64,000 nucleotides of DNA from an uncultured Ruminococcus sp. GTDB taxonomy: Bacteria; Bacillota; Clostridia; Oscillospirales; CAG-272. The notes below the pieces were generated by a model. It was not told the origin of the DNA. It did not search any database and saw nothing but the letters and a program-made list of their open reading frames with translations. The stretch lies in contig CAZBQN010000001.1 in NCBI GenBank assembly GCA_964494135.1, positions 78,412 to 142,411 on the forward strand, read 5' to 3'. Below, piece by piece: positions 26,106 through 34,726 of this stretch. Made by a program: the position numbers and the translations under genes. Each line of letters opens with the position of its first letter. Positions within the stretch are counted from its first letter, which is position 1.

Positions 26106-27515
26106 GTGTCAAATAAAAGCAACGGTTTTCGCAAAAATCAAATAATAGAAATAAGCATAGACGATATAACCGACTTAGGCTTCGGCGTGGGCAGGAAGGA
26201 CGGAATCGTGGTATTCGTCGGCGACACCGTGCCGGGCGATACTGTCAGCGCGGTGATAATCAAGGTGAATTCCTCCTACCTTGTGGCAAGGGTGCGGGAG
26301 TATATCACAAGGTCCCCACAGCGCGTATCAAACCGATGCTCAAACGGCGGCTGCCATAGCTGCGCCTACCGCCTGATCTCATACGAAGACGAGTTAAAAT
26401 ATAAAGAAGAGACGGTGAGACGTCTCTTCTCCTCCTCGGAGCTGTCGGGAATACGCACAATGCCAATCACGCCGTCACCGAGAGAGTGCAGATACAGAAA
26501 CAAGGCGCAGTATCCGGTAGCCACGGTCGGCGGTGAATACAAGGTCGGCTTCTTCGTCCCGAAGTCCCACAGGCTGACACCCGTGTCGGATTGTCCCCTG
26601 ACACCCGAGGTTTTTTCACGCATTGCAAGCTCGGTCACCGACTACATGGCAAGGCACCGGGTCTCGGTCTATGACGAGGAGTCGGGCGAGGGTCTTGTCC
26701 GTCACATTTATCTGAGGTGCGGCGAGATCTCGGGCGAGATCCTTTTGACCCTGGTAATAAACGGCGACACTGTTCCCCACCCCGACGACCTTATCTCTGC
26801 GGTGCGCGGCGACTTTCCCGAGGTTGTGGGAATTCTGCTCAACAAGAATAAAGAGAACACCAACGTCGTGCTCGGCAGTGAGTACGTGACCCTGTTCGGA
26901 AGAGATTATATTTACGATACATTGTCGGGTGTGCGGCTGAAAATAACCGCTCCCTCCTTCTATCAGGTCAATCACGGCGCGGCAGAATTGCTGTACAAAA
27001 AGGCAAAAGAATTGGCACGCCCCACCCCCTCGGACACCTTGCTCGACCTGTACTGCGGTATAGGCTCAATAGGACTGTCAATGGCAGAGGACGTCGGCAG
27101 GCTCATAGGCATTGAGATAGTCGAAAGCGCTGTCGAATGCGCAAAGGAAAATGCCGCCGGCACGGGTATCACAAACGCCCGATTTTTCACAGGCGACGCC
27201 GCCGACGCCGAAAGACTGCTTGATAGAGCCGAGAGAGAGCTGGGCGAGAAGATCCGCCCCGACATAATTATCCTCGACCCACCCAGGGGCGGCTGTAACG
27301 AAAATCTCATAAGCTTCGTGTCAGGGCTCTCTCCGAAGCGGATAGTTTACATCTCATGCAACCCGAAAACCTTGGCACGGGACGTGAAGCTGTTCCGCGC
27401 CCTCGGATATAACACGGACGAGGTGTATCCGTTTGATATGTTCCCGGGGACGGGACACGTCGAAAGTGTCGTGTGTCTTACACGCACTTTCGACAATGAA
27501 TTGCCGTTGGCATGA
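26106..27515 (+). CDS. 23S rRNA (uracil-C5)-methyltransferase, RlmD/RumA family
   Basis: 469 aa with a GTG start. It has a TRAM-like N-terminus, a Cys4 cluster (C..CHSC) and a SAM MTase core (DLYCGIGSIGL, ILDPPRGG, YISCNPKT). Confidence 0.85.
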   Translation: MSNKSNGFRKNQIIEISIDDITDLGFGVGRKDGIVVFVGDTVPGDTVSAVIIKVNSSYLVARVREYITRSPQRVSNRCSNGGCHSCAYRLISYEDELKYKEETVRRLFSSSELSGIRTMPITPSPRECRYRNKAQYPVATVGGEYKVGFFVPKSHRLTPVSDCPLTPEVFSRIASSVTDYMARHRVSVYDEESGEGLVRHIYLRCGEISGEILLTLVINGDTVPHPDDLISAVRGDFPEVVGILLNKNKENTNVVLGSEYVTLFGRDYIYDTLSGVRLKITAPSFYQVNHGAAELLYKKAKELARPTPSDTLLDLYCGIGSIGLSMAEDVGRLIGIEIVESAVECAKENAAGTGITNARFFTGDAADAERLLDRAERELGEKIRPDIIILDPPRGGCNENLISFVSGLSPKRIVYISCNPKTLARDVKLFRALGYNTDEVYPFDMFPGTGHVESVVCLTRTFDNELPLA

Positions 27516-27567
27516 ATTGCACTAACGTGCATGAATTGACCTTCGGTCATGAATTGCCCTGCTGGGC
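27496..27567 (+). repeat. Four direct copies of ATGAATTG(C/A)C at 16-19 bp spacing
   Basis: Copies start at 27496 (inside the rlmD stop region), 27512, 27531 and 27549. Confidence 0.85.
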
Positions 27568-27588
27568 ATAAGGAGAAAAAGGCAATTC

Positions 27589-27697
27589 AATTCATGGAGC
27601 GCGACAGCGCGAGAATTCACGGAGCGCGACAGCGCGAGAATTCATGGAGCGCGACAGCGCGAGAATTCATGATGCGAGCTTGTGAGCATCAATTCAC
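27589..27697 (+). repeat. 25-bp tandem repeat AATTCAYGGAGCGCGACAGCGCGAG x3, plus two degenerate AATTCAY units
   Basis: Units start at 27589, 27614 and 27639 (1 SNP), with degenerate copies at 27664 and 27691. The AATTCATG core is the reverse complement of the CATGAATT core of the left-hand copies. Confidence 0.9.
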
Positions 27698-27737
27698 GAC
27701 GGCAACGCCGTCAAATCATTCCTCTTTGGAGTTTACT

Positions 27738-28097
27738 ATGAAAGAAAATTTCCTTGTAGATTTATCAAAGCAATTTGCAGTTGATATTGTTAATCTCTGT
27801 ACAGATGTTAAAGAAAACCGCAAAAGCAACGTGTTATTAAATCAAGTATTGCGCAGCGGTACAAGTATTGGCGCAAACATTCACGAAGCGAACTATGCGG
27901 CAAGCAAGGCGGATTTTATCAACAAGTTCCAAATTGCTCTCAAAGAGTGTTACGAAACGGATTATTGGCTTGGGCTTTTCAAAGATGCTTACTTGATAAC
28001 CGAAGAAGAATACAAGGATATGTTTGCAAAATGTAGCAAAATCCGCAAATTGCTCATCTCCTCCATCACCACCGCAAAGAGAGATACAAATGGATAA
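27738..28097 (+). CDS. Four-helix-bundle protein (23S rRNA intervening-sequence / Avd-like family)
   Basis: From the internal ATG: MKENFLVDLSKQFAVDIVNLC...LRSGTSIGANIHEANYAASKADFINKFQIALKECYETDYWL, the signature of the PF05635-type family. The upstream part of the ORF is just translated repeats. Confidence 0.8.
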   Translation: MKENFLVDLSKQFAVDIVNLCTDVKENRKSNVLLNQVLRSGTSIGANIHEANYAASKADFINKFQIALKECYETDYWLGLFKDAYLITEEEYKDMFAKCSKIRKLLISSITTAKRDTNG

Positions 28098-28721
28098 AGC
28101 TCAAATTCTTGAAAATATATCAAAACTTCTCCTTGAAAGTAAAACCGAAGATGCAAAAGCGATAATTCAAAACGAATATCCTCACAAGCATATAGAGATT
28201 GAAAGACGTTCATATACTCTCAAAGAAAAAATGGAACAATTTCTTCGTGATGGTTTTATTGATAGATATACAGGAAAAAGACTTATTAATCCGGGATTGT
28301 TAAAAGTTATAACTCACTATTTCCCCGATGAATTCCCGTATGATCCGCATTGGAAGATGACGAAAACTCACATGGCATGCTGGGATTTGATACCTACGGT
28401 AGATCATATTTTCCGATTGCTCAAGGCGGTGCTGATAATCCAAGTAACTGGGCTACCACATCAATGAAGAATAATTCTATCAAAAGTAATTACTCTATTG
28501 AAGAAATAAATTGGACACTTCATCCAAGCGGAAGTTTAATCGATTGGGATGGATTAACAAGGCTGTTTATTGAACTTGTATCTAAAAACGAAGAATTGCT
28601 TTCAGATTCATACATAAAACAATGGTATAATATATCAAAAGCTGCAGGCGCTCTGTTCAAAATGCAATCTTGCAAGAGCGACCATACTGCAAAATGCAAT
28701 TTGCCGCCCGTGTCATCCTGA
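28090..28721 (+). pseudogene. HNH endonuclease gene disrupted by a 1-nt frameshift
   Basis: Frame A reads ...WDLIPTVDHIF, then becomes nonsense and stops at 28467. Frame B continues PIAQGGADNPSNWATTSMKNNSIKSN (the HNH core). The switch occurs at ATTTTCCG near 28405-28412. Confidence 0.65.
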
Positions 28722-28825
28722 GTGAAGCGGAGCGGAACCGAACTTTTTCGTCTGAGATCCCAAACGTTGCTTCGCACCGTTTGATCCTCGCTACGCTCGG
28801 ATTTCGACTACGCTCAGGATGACAC
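28710..28825. repeat. 13-bp perfect inverted repeat bounding a roughly 116-bp element
   Basis: GTGTCATCCTGAG (28710-28722) / CTCAGGATGACAC (28813-28825). It overlaps the 3' end of the HNH pseudogene. Confidence 0.7.
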
Positions 28826-28881
28826 AGACGAAAAAGCACCGAGCAACGCGAAGGCGGGATCTCGGGCAAAAAAGGAGAACA

Positions 28882-28947
28882 ATGTATTACGTTTATATGC
28901 TCACAAACAAGACCGATACCGTAACGTACATCGGTGTTACAAACGAC
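28882..28947 (+). pseudogene. Truncated duplicate of the GIY-YIG gene 5' end
   Basis: MYYVYMLTNKTDTVTYIGVTND compared with the intact MYYVYILTNKTDAVMYIGVTNN, which starts 86 nt downstream. It has its own AAGGAG RBS. Confidence 0.6.
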
Positions 28948-28967
28948 CCCACGCAAAAGGAAAACAA

Positions 28968-29249
28968 ATGTACTACGTTTACATACTCACGAATAAAACC
29001 GATGCCGTAATGTATATCGGCGTGACAAACAATTTGCGACGACGTTTATATGAACATAAGAACGAACAAATCGAAGGTTTTACAAAAAAATACCATGTGC
29101 ATAAGCTCGTCTATTTTGAAGAATATTCCGAGATTAACGTTGCAATAGCACGGGAAAAACAGTTAAAGCGCTGGATACGTGCTAAAAAGAATTGGCTTGT
29201 GGAAACAAAAAATCCGAACTGGGATGATTGGGGAGAAAGGTTTATTTAG
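28968..29249 (+). CDS. GIY-YIG nuclease family protein (UPF0213-like)
   Basis: 93 aa: YYVYILTN...MYIGVTNNLRRRLYEHK...REKQLKRW, the classic small GIY-YIG domain. Confidence 0.85.
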   Translation: MYYVYILTNKTDAVMYIGVTNNLRRRLYEHKNEQIEGFTKKYHVHKLVYFEEYSEINVAIAREKQLKRWIRAKKNWLVETKNPNWDDWGERFI

Positions 29250-29356
29250 TCAAAAGTATACCTTTTGCCGTTACCCCCCCATTTTTGCCGATTTTTCCAC
29301 ATTTCGTACTCTTGACCCACGTTGAGTGCGTCATTTTCTTATCGAAGGAGGACACT

Positions 29357-29698
29357 GTGCATCATATGAAGCTCTGCCCCGAGCCTTTCGAAATGATAAA
29401 AAGCGGAAGAAAAACCTTTGAGCTTCGCCTGTGGGATGAAAAGCGTCAAAAAATCAAGCCCGGCGATATCATTGCGTTTACGAATACACAGAGCGGCGAG
29501 GAATTGAAGGCAAGGGTTTTGAATTTGCACCGCTTTGACAGCTTTGAAGAATTATACGGTAAATTACCGCTTTTGAAATGCGGATACACGGAAGACGATA
29601 TTAACACGGCAGAGGCTTCGGATATGGAAGAATACTACTCTGCCGACGAGCAGAAAAAGTACGGTGTCGTTGGTATTGAGATTTCCGTATTGAATTAA
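29357..29698 (+). CDS. ASCH domain protein
   Basis: A GTG lies 5 nt after GGAGG. The sequence ...MKLCPEPFEMIKSGRKTFELRLWDEKRQKIKPGDIIAF resembles ASCH/PUA-like folds. Confidence 0.65.
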   Translation: MHHMKLCPEPFEMIKSGRKTFELRLWDEKRQKIKPGDIIAFTNTQSGEELKARVLNLHRFDSFEELYGKLPLLKCGYTEDDINTAEASDMEEYYSADEQKKYGVVGIEISVLN

Positions 29699-29719
29699 TT
29701 TTCAGGAGAATTCAATAAT

Positions 29720-30469
29720 ATGTTTAAGGATTTTTATGATATAGACAGCGAGCCTGTCGTAAAGCCCGAGGTTTTTTACGGACCGAAGAAGCACTTAGTC
29801 GATAAATGTATCGTCATTTTTTCCAAGGTCATACACGACTATATGCTCTCGCATTTCAAATGTGAAAAAATAGCCGAAATAGGCGCGTGCAACGGGAATA
29901 TTCCGATTTGGTCCTTCGACGCCCGGGGTGAGAGGGTTGCGTTTTACCTGACTCCCATCGGCTCTGCCCTTGCAAGCGGTACGGTCGCGGAAGCAAATCA
30001 TCTGACGGGTGCGACGAAGTTTGTTATGTTCGGCTCCTGCGGAAGCTTAAATTCCGCCGTTACAGAGGGGAAATACATCATTCCCACAGAAGCTTACAGG
30101 GGTGAGGGTGCGTCCTACTACTATGCGCCGGCACAGGATTATATTGACGTCAAAAATGCGGATAAGCTCGCCCGAATCTTCACCGATATGAACATTCCTT
30201 TCGTAAAGGGGCGAATCTGGACAACCGACAGCATGCTCCGCGAAACCGTCAATCTGGTCAACAAAAGACGGGCGGAGGGGTGCATTGCCGTGGAAATGGA
30301 GGTCGCGGGAGTACAGGCGGTGTGCGATTTTTACGGCCTTGAGCTATACGACTTTCTTGCGTCGGGCGACGTGCTTTCCGAGGACGGCTACGAGGCAGAG
30401 GGGCTGGCAGATGCCAACCACAATCTCGATAAATTAAAAATAGCATTATCTCTTGTAGAAAGAATATAA
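29720..30469 (+). CDS. Nucleoside phosphorylase family protein (PNP_UDP_1)
   Basis: 249 aa with FGSCGSL...AVEMEVAGV motifs typical of uridine/purine nucleoside phosphorylase-like proteins. Confidence 0.7.
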   Translation: MFKDFYDIDSEPVVKPEVFYGPKKHLVDKCIVIFSKVIHDYMLSHFKCEKIAEIGACNGNIPIWSFDARGERVAFYLTPIGSALASGTVAEANHLTGATKFVMFGSCGSLNSAVTEGKYIIPTEAYRGEGASYYYAPAQDYIDVKNADKLARIFTDMNIPFVKGRIWTTDSMLRETVNLVNKRRAEGCIAVEMEVAGVQAVCDFYGLELYDFLASGDVLSEDGYEAEGLADANHNLDKLKIALSLVERI

Positions 30470-30493
30470 AAACCAATTATTCAGGAGTAAAAA

Positions 30494-31510
30494 ATGAAAA
30501 AGCATCCGGTACTTAAAATTATTGCGCTGGCGTTGGCGACCGTCGCGGTCTTTCTCGCCGTAATCAACATCATTCCCCCTCAGAAAAACGTGGAAGAAAA
30601 CCCCTTTATCGTCGGTGAGGGCGAGCTGCCCCTGATTGCCGCGCACAGAGGCGGCAGCATCAACAGTCCCGAGAACACCCTGCTGGCGTTCAAGGAGTCG
30701 GTGGCTAACTACGGTGTAAGCATCATTGAGAGCGACCTGTACCTGACAAAGGACGGGTATCTGGTATACAACCACGACGGCTACATTGACAGGACCTCAA
30801 ACGTAAACGGAGATATTTCGCTCGAAGAGGTTATGGAGCTGTGCGAGGACGAGGCAAACCGCCACTACATCAAGGATATGACCCTCGCCGAATTGAAAAA
30901 GTACAACTTCGGCTACTACTTTGAGGACGAAAACGGAAGCCGTCCCTACAAGGACTGTGAGAACTTCGCCGAGCTGGGTCTCGGTATCGCGACGGTGGAA
31001 ATGCTCTTTGAAGAATTCTGTATGAGTAATCCCGACCTGCTTTTCATAGTTGAGATAAAGGACTCCGGGGAGACGGGCTACACCGCCTGCGAAAAGCTCC
31101 ACGAAACGCTCACGCGGTACCCCGTGTATTACAACAGGCTGGTAGTCGGCACCTTCCACGACGAGATTGAAGAAAGGCTCAAGGAGTACTACCCCGACCT
31201 GCTTCGCGGCGCGCCCACCGGCACGGCGGCGACCTTCATTCTCACCCAGTATCTGGGCGTTAACCTGTTCGCGCCCAGCGACTTTGCCTGCCTGCAAATT
31301 CCCACCAGCTACAAGCTCGGCATCACTATCACCCTTGACAACAAGAACATTATCGACAGAGCCCACAGGCGCAATATCGCCGTTCAGTACTGGACGATTA
31401 ACGACGCCGAAACCATGCGAAAGCTCATTGAGCTGGGCTGTGACTGCATTATGACGGATAACCCGAAGCTGCTCAGCGAGGTGCTGGAGGAGTATAGAAA
31501 AGGAAAATAA
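30494..31510 (+). CDS. Glycerophosphodiester phosphodiesterase (membrane-anchored)
   Basis: N-terminal TM helix, then GDPD motifs AAHRGG..SPENT and ESDLYLTKDG. Confidence 0.85.
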   Translation: MKKHPVLKIIALALATVAVFLAVINIIPPQKNVEENPFIVGEGELPLIAAHRGGSINSPENTLLAFKESVANYGVSIIESDLYLTKDGYLVYNHDGYIDRTSNVNGDISLEEVMELCEDEANRHYIKDMTLAELKKYNFGYYFEDENGSRPYKDCENFAELGLGIATVEMLFEEFCMSNPDLLFIVEIKDSGETGYTACEKLHETLTRYPVYYNRLVVGTFHDEIEERLKEYYPDLLRGAPTGTAATFILTQYLGVNLFAPSDFACLQIPTSYKLGITITLDNKNIIDRAHRRNIAVQYWTINDAETMRKLIELGCDCIMTDNPKLLSEVLEEYRKGK

Positions 31511-31543
31511 TAAAAAAGAAAAACAACACAAAAAGGAGTTACT

Positions 31544-33952
31544 ATGAAGGAAGTACATCTTATATGCAACGCACACATTGACCCTATCTGGCAATGGGAC
31601 TGGCAGGAGGGAGTCAGCGCAACGCTGTCCACGTTCCAGTCCGCCGTCAATCTCTCCAAGGATTTTGACTACATATTCTGCCACAACGAGGTTTCAATTT
31701 ACAAGTACGTCGAGGAGTATGCGCCAAAGCTGTTTGAGGAAATAAAAGCACTGGTCAAGGCGGGAAAATGGCACATAATGGGAGGCTGGTATCTCCAACC
31801 CGACTGCAATATGCCTGCAGGCGAGAGCTTCGTCCGCCAGATACAGGAGGGACGGCTGTACTTCACCGAAAAATTCGGCACTTACCCCACTACGGCAATA
31901 AACTTCGACCCCTTCGGTCACACGGTGGGGCTGGTGCAGATTATTAAAAAATGCGGTCAAGACGGCTATTTGTTTATGCGTCCGTACCCCACCCAGCTGA
32001 AGCTGCCACACGAGGTATTTATATGGAGAGGCCTTGACGGCAGTGAGATCAAAGCGGCAAGAACCGGTCCCTACAGCACACAGCTGGGCATATCCGCAGA
32101 GACGATAAAACAGAGAGTCTCGGAAAAAACTGACGATATCTGTCTTGTAACCTGGGGTGTGGGCAACCACGGCGGCGGTCCGTCAAGAAAGGACCTCTCC
32201 GACATAAAAGAGCTGATGGAAACCTCGGAGGACAAGTACATCCACTCCACCCCGGAAGCATTTTTCAGCCGTTACACACCGACGGCGGTATTTGACAAAT
32301 CCCTGCACATTTCAATGCCCGGCTGTTACACCTCCATGGCACGTGTCAAGAAAAAGCACGCCATGCTGGAAAACGAGATTTCCGTAACCGAGAAAATGCT
32401 CTCCGCGGCATACGCCAGAGGGCTTCTCGACAGCTATCCCGAGGAGCAGATCCGTATCGCGGTGCAGGATCTGTTGAACGCGGAGTTCCACGACGTTCTC
32501 CCGGGAAGCTCGGTTCAGTGCGGTGAGGACAACGGTCTGAAGCTTCTCGACCACGGTCTGTTGGAAGCAGAAAGACTGAAAACACGGGCTTACTTTGCCC
32601 TTTCCTCTGCCTGCGAGCCTGCCGGCGAGGGCGAGTATCCCATCCTGATCTTCAATCCCCACCCCTACCCCGTCAGCGAGGACTTCGAATGTGAGTTTGT
32701 AATAGACCAGGGCTGGAGACGTGACATTATATCCAAGATAACCGTCCGCGACGAGGCGGGCAACGAAATTCCCTGCCAGCAGATAAAAGAAGAAGCAAAT
32801 ATGAATCTTGACTGGCGCAAGAGAATAATATTTAAGGCAGACCTGAAGCCCCTCGGCTTCCACCGCTACAGCGTATACTACACCTACGTACCCGTAACCG
32901 AAAAGGCGGAGCCCGACGTGTTGGTATTCGACAACGGTCACAAGTACGCCGAGATTGACAAAAAGACCGGACTTTTGAAAAAGTACGCCATTGACGGCGT
33001 GGATTATGTGAAGGACGGCTTCCGCCTGATGTCCTTCGCCGACAACCCCGACCCTTGGGGCATGAGCGACGAGCAGCTGCTCAGGCTCGGTACGGACGGC
33101 GAGCCCTTTGAGCTCTCCGAAAAGCCTGCCGGCGTCTTTGAGGGCATGAAGAGCATACAGGTGATTGAGGACGGCGATATTTACCTCGGTGTTGAGGCAT
33201 TCTTTGAAAAAGACCATACCCGTGCTAAAATTACCTACAAAATTTACAAGAACAACGACTACGTTGACGTTGACGTAACACTGTTCCTCGGCGACGTTAA
33301 CAGGGTAATCAAGCTGGAGCTTCCCATTTTCTCGGAGGGGAAGCTCATCGGTCAATGTGCCTTCGGTACAGACGAGCTGTTCCGGGACGCACGGGAGAAT
33401 GTGGCGCACAGATTCGTCGCCATGTCAGACGGGAAGCGCGCCCTTGCGCTGATGAACACCGGCGTTTACGGCAGCCACTACGAGAACGGCTCGCTGTATA
33501 TGTCCTTAGTACGCGGCGTTACCTACTGCGCCCACCCCATTGAGGACAGACAGCTTATTCCCACCGACCGCTTTACCAAAAAGATTGACCAGGGCGAGCT
33601 GAACTACTCCTTCCGTCTCGGCGTCGTGGATGCCGATAAGCTGGAGCGCGAGACACAAATATTCGTACAAAAGCCCTACGGACTTAACATTTTCCCCACC
33701 CCAAAGACCAAGGACGCTGCCGCCCCCTTTGCAGTCACACTTTCCGACGACACCGTATCCGTGCAGACGATAAAGAAGGCGTACGGCAGAGACGGCATTA
33801 TCTTCCGCCTTCTCAACAACACCGACCACGCGGCATCCACGACGCTCACCGTCGACGGCGCAAAGCTGGATCTCTCCTTCGGTAAATACGAGGTCAAGAC
33901 GGTAATTTACGAGGGCGGAAAGCTCAACGAGCTTGACGAAATGATTATCTGA
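31544..33952 (+). CDS. GH38 alpha-mannosidase
   Basis: 802 aa with the N-terminal NAHIDPIWQW signature and a size typical of bacterial GH38 enzymes. Confidence 0.88.
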   Translation: MKEVHLICNAHIDPIWQWDWQEGVSATLSTFQSAVNLSKDFDYIFCHNEVSIYKYVEEYAPKLFEEIKALVKAGKWHIMGGWYLQPDCNMPAGESFVRQIQEGRLYFTEKFGTYPTTAINFDPFGHTVGLVQIIKKCGQDGYLFMRPYPTQLKLPHEVFIWRGLDGSEIKAARTGPYSTQLGISAETIKQRVSEKTDDICLVTWGVGNHGGGPSRKDLSDIKELMETSEDKYIHSTPEAFFSRYTPTAVFDKSLHISMPGCYTSMARVKKKHAMLENEISVTEKMLSAAYARGLLDSYPEEQIRIAVQDLLNAEFHDVLPGSSVQCGEDNGLKLLDHGLLEAERLKTRAYFALSSACEPAGEGEYPILIFNPHPYPVSEDFECEFVIDQGWRRDIISKITVRDEAGNEIPCQQIKEEANMNLDWRKRIIFKADLKPLGFHRYSVYYTYVPVTEKAEPDVLVFDNGHKYAEIDKKTGLLKKYAIDGVDYVKDGFRLMSFADNPDPWGMSDEQLLRLGTDGEPFELSEKPAGVFEGMKSIQVIEDGDIYLGVEAFFEKDHTRAKITYKIYKNNDYVDVDVTLFLGDVNRVIKLELPIFSEGKLIGQCAFGTDELFRDARENVAHRFVAMSDGKRALALMNTGVYGSHYENGSLYMSLVRGVTYCAHPIEDRQLIPTDRFTKKIDQGELNYSFRLGVVDADKLERETQIFVQKPYGLNIFPTPKTKDAAAPFAVTLSDDTVSVQTIKKAYGRDGIIFRLLNNTDHAASTTLTVDGAKLDLSFGKYEVKTVIYEGGKLNELDEMII

Positions 33953-34108
33953 TAAACAGAAATAAAGCAAATAATTATTTACATTTTAGTCTTTTGGCTA
34001 CGCTGTTTTAAGACAAAACTTAACACGGGGGGCGGCTTGAAGTTGTTTTTACAAGTTCGCCTCCGTCACACAGAGCAGTCTGCAAGCTGCCGACGAAAGG
34101 AAAACATT

Positions 34109-34717
34109 ATGAGCAAGAATTACGAAAAAGAGCTACCCCCGGGGTACGAGCTTATATACCACATTGACGCAAAGAGCAAAGGCACGGCGATCAAAATGAA
34201 TATCGGTGCTTTTATTCTGATGATAGGAGTATTTCTTATCGGTTGTATTCCCTTCATATTTGCCGGGGAGCTTGATTTCACGCTGACAAGAACCGAGTGC
34301 ATCGTTTCCATGCTGATATTTATAGGGTCTATGATTTGTTACATCATCGCTCACGAGCTGGTACACGGTATTGCCTACAAGGCTCTGACAGGGCAAAGGC
34401 TGACCTTCGGTCTGACCCTCAGCTGTGCTTTTTGCGGTGTGCCCGACATATACACTTACAGAAGGTGCGCCCTGATTGCGCTTCTGTCCCCCTTTACCGT
34501 CTTTACGGTTTTGTTCACCGCGCTCACCGTAGGTATGTACTTCGTGCATCCCTTATACTACATCGAAGCCCTCTGGCTCCTTGCCATGCATATCGGCGGC
34601 TGTGTCGGGGATCTGTATATGAGTTATCTCTGCTTCACAAGATTTAAAGACAAAAGAATTCTCATGCGAGACACCGGCCCTGCGCAGTTCGTGTACTCGC
34701 CTAAAAAAGACGATTGA
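34109..34717 (+). CDS. DUF3267-type putative membrane zincin
   Basis: The internal start is MSKNYEKELPPGYE. It has multiple TM helices and a HELVHG motif. Confidence 0.55.
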   Translation: MSKNYEKELPPGYELIYHIDAKSKGTAIKMNIGAFILMIGVFLIGCIPFIFAGELDFTLTRTECIVSMLIFIGSMICYIIAHELVHGIAYKALTGQRLTFGLTLSCAFCGVPDIYTYRRCALIALLSPFTVFTVLFTALTVGMYFVHPLYYIEALWLLAMHIGGCVGDLYMSYLCFTRFKDKRILMRDTGPAQFVYSPKKDD

Positions 34718-34726
34718 GGAAATACT

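Noticed and set aside
27589-27663. Possible CRISPR array (regular 25-bp repeats)
   Set aside because: The units abut directly with no unique spacers. Only three copies exist, and no cas genes are present in the window.
27549-27737. N-terminal 63 codons of the tracked 182-aa ORF
   Set aside because: This part is a translation of the tandem repeats (MERDSARIHGARQRENS...). The family-typical four-helix-bundle sequence starts at the ATG at 27738.
30797-33409. Long minus-strand ORFs (295 aa at 30797-31684 and 365 aa at 32312-33409)
   Set aside because: They are antisense to the well-supported GDPD and GH38 genes, and show no motifs or translation signals.
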